Assembly (NCBI GenBank): GCA_964016885.1 | Contig: OZ024753.1 | Location: forward strand, 13,826,001-13,890,000 | DNA length: 64,000 nt | DNA from: Eledone cirrhosa | Lineage: Eukaryota | Direction of reading: 5' to 3' | In this document: piece by piece, positions 63,933-64,000 of the stretch | How positions within the stretch are numbered: position 1 is the stretch's first letter | Layout: every line of letters starts with the position of its first letter | The notes under the pieces: generated by a model | The model's input: the letters and a program-made list of their open reading frames with translations, nothing else | Told to the model about the DNA's origin: nothing | Database searches by the model: none | Translations under genes and position numbers: made by a program

Positions 63933-64000
<68 letters not shown>
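62750..64000. repeat. ~75-80-bp compound (TA)/(TG) minisatellite and microsatellites
   Basis: Unit gtagacgtatatatatatatgtacatatgtatttaagcatatatgtatgtgtgtgtctgatatgttatgtgtgtttgt. Confidence 0.92.

Overview
AT-rich, repeat-saturated eukaryotic DNA. The SINE, RTE, MITE and (TA)n/(CA)n/(ATC)n complement suggests an octopod cephalopod (inference). Almost all ORFs in the supplied track are artefacts of micro- or minisatellites. The window looks like the intron-rich 5' part of one + strand gene. Three phase-compatible exons (16284-16481, 38178-38293, 54417-54498) encode a Cys-rich leader followed by an LD motif (DLDTLLSDL), which points to a paxillin- or MRL/RIAM-type adaptor. A 200-N scaffold gap (32796-32995) lies between the first two exons. 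The introns hold decayed RTE, R4/Dong, CRE and Penelope-like retroelements, two tRNA-derived SINE families, TTAA piggyBac-type MITEs, non-autonomous Helitrons and many TE-derived tandem arrays. The most interesting signal is a (TA)n-embedded Penelope/retrozyme-like RNA system. It has five minimal type I hammerhead ribozyme motifs, four of one family with compensatory stem II changes, two of them inside a ~330-bp palindrome. It also has a separate recurrent bulged hairpin (ACTC-RA-variable stem-GAGT) in about 8 otherwise divergent fragments, whose inner stem covaries and whose G-U pairs favour the ribozyme strand.
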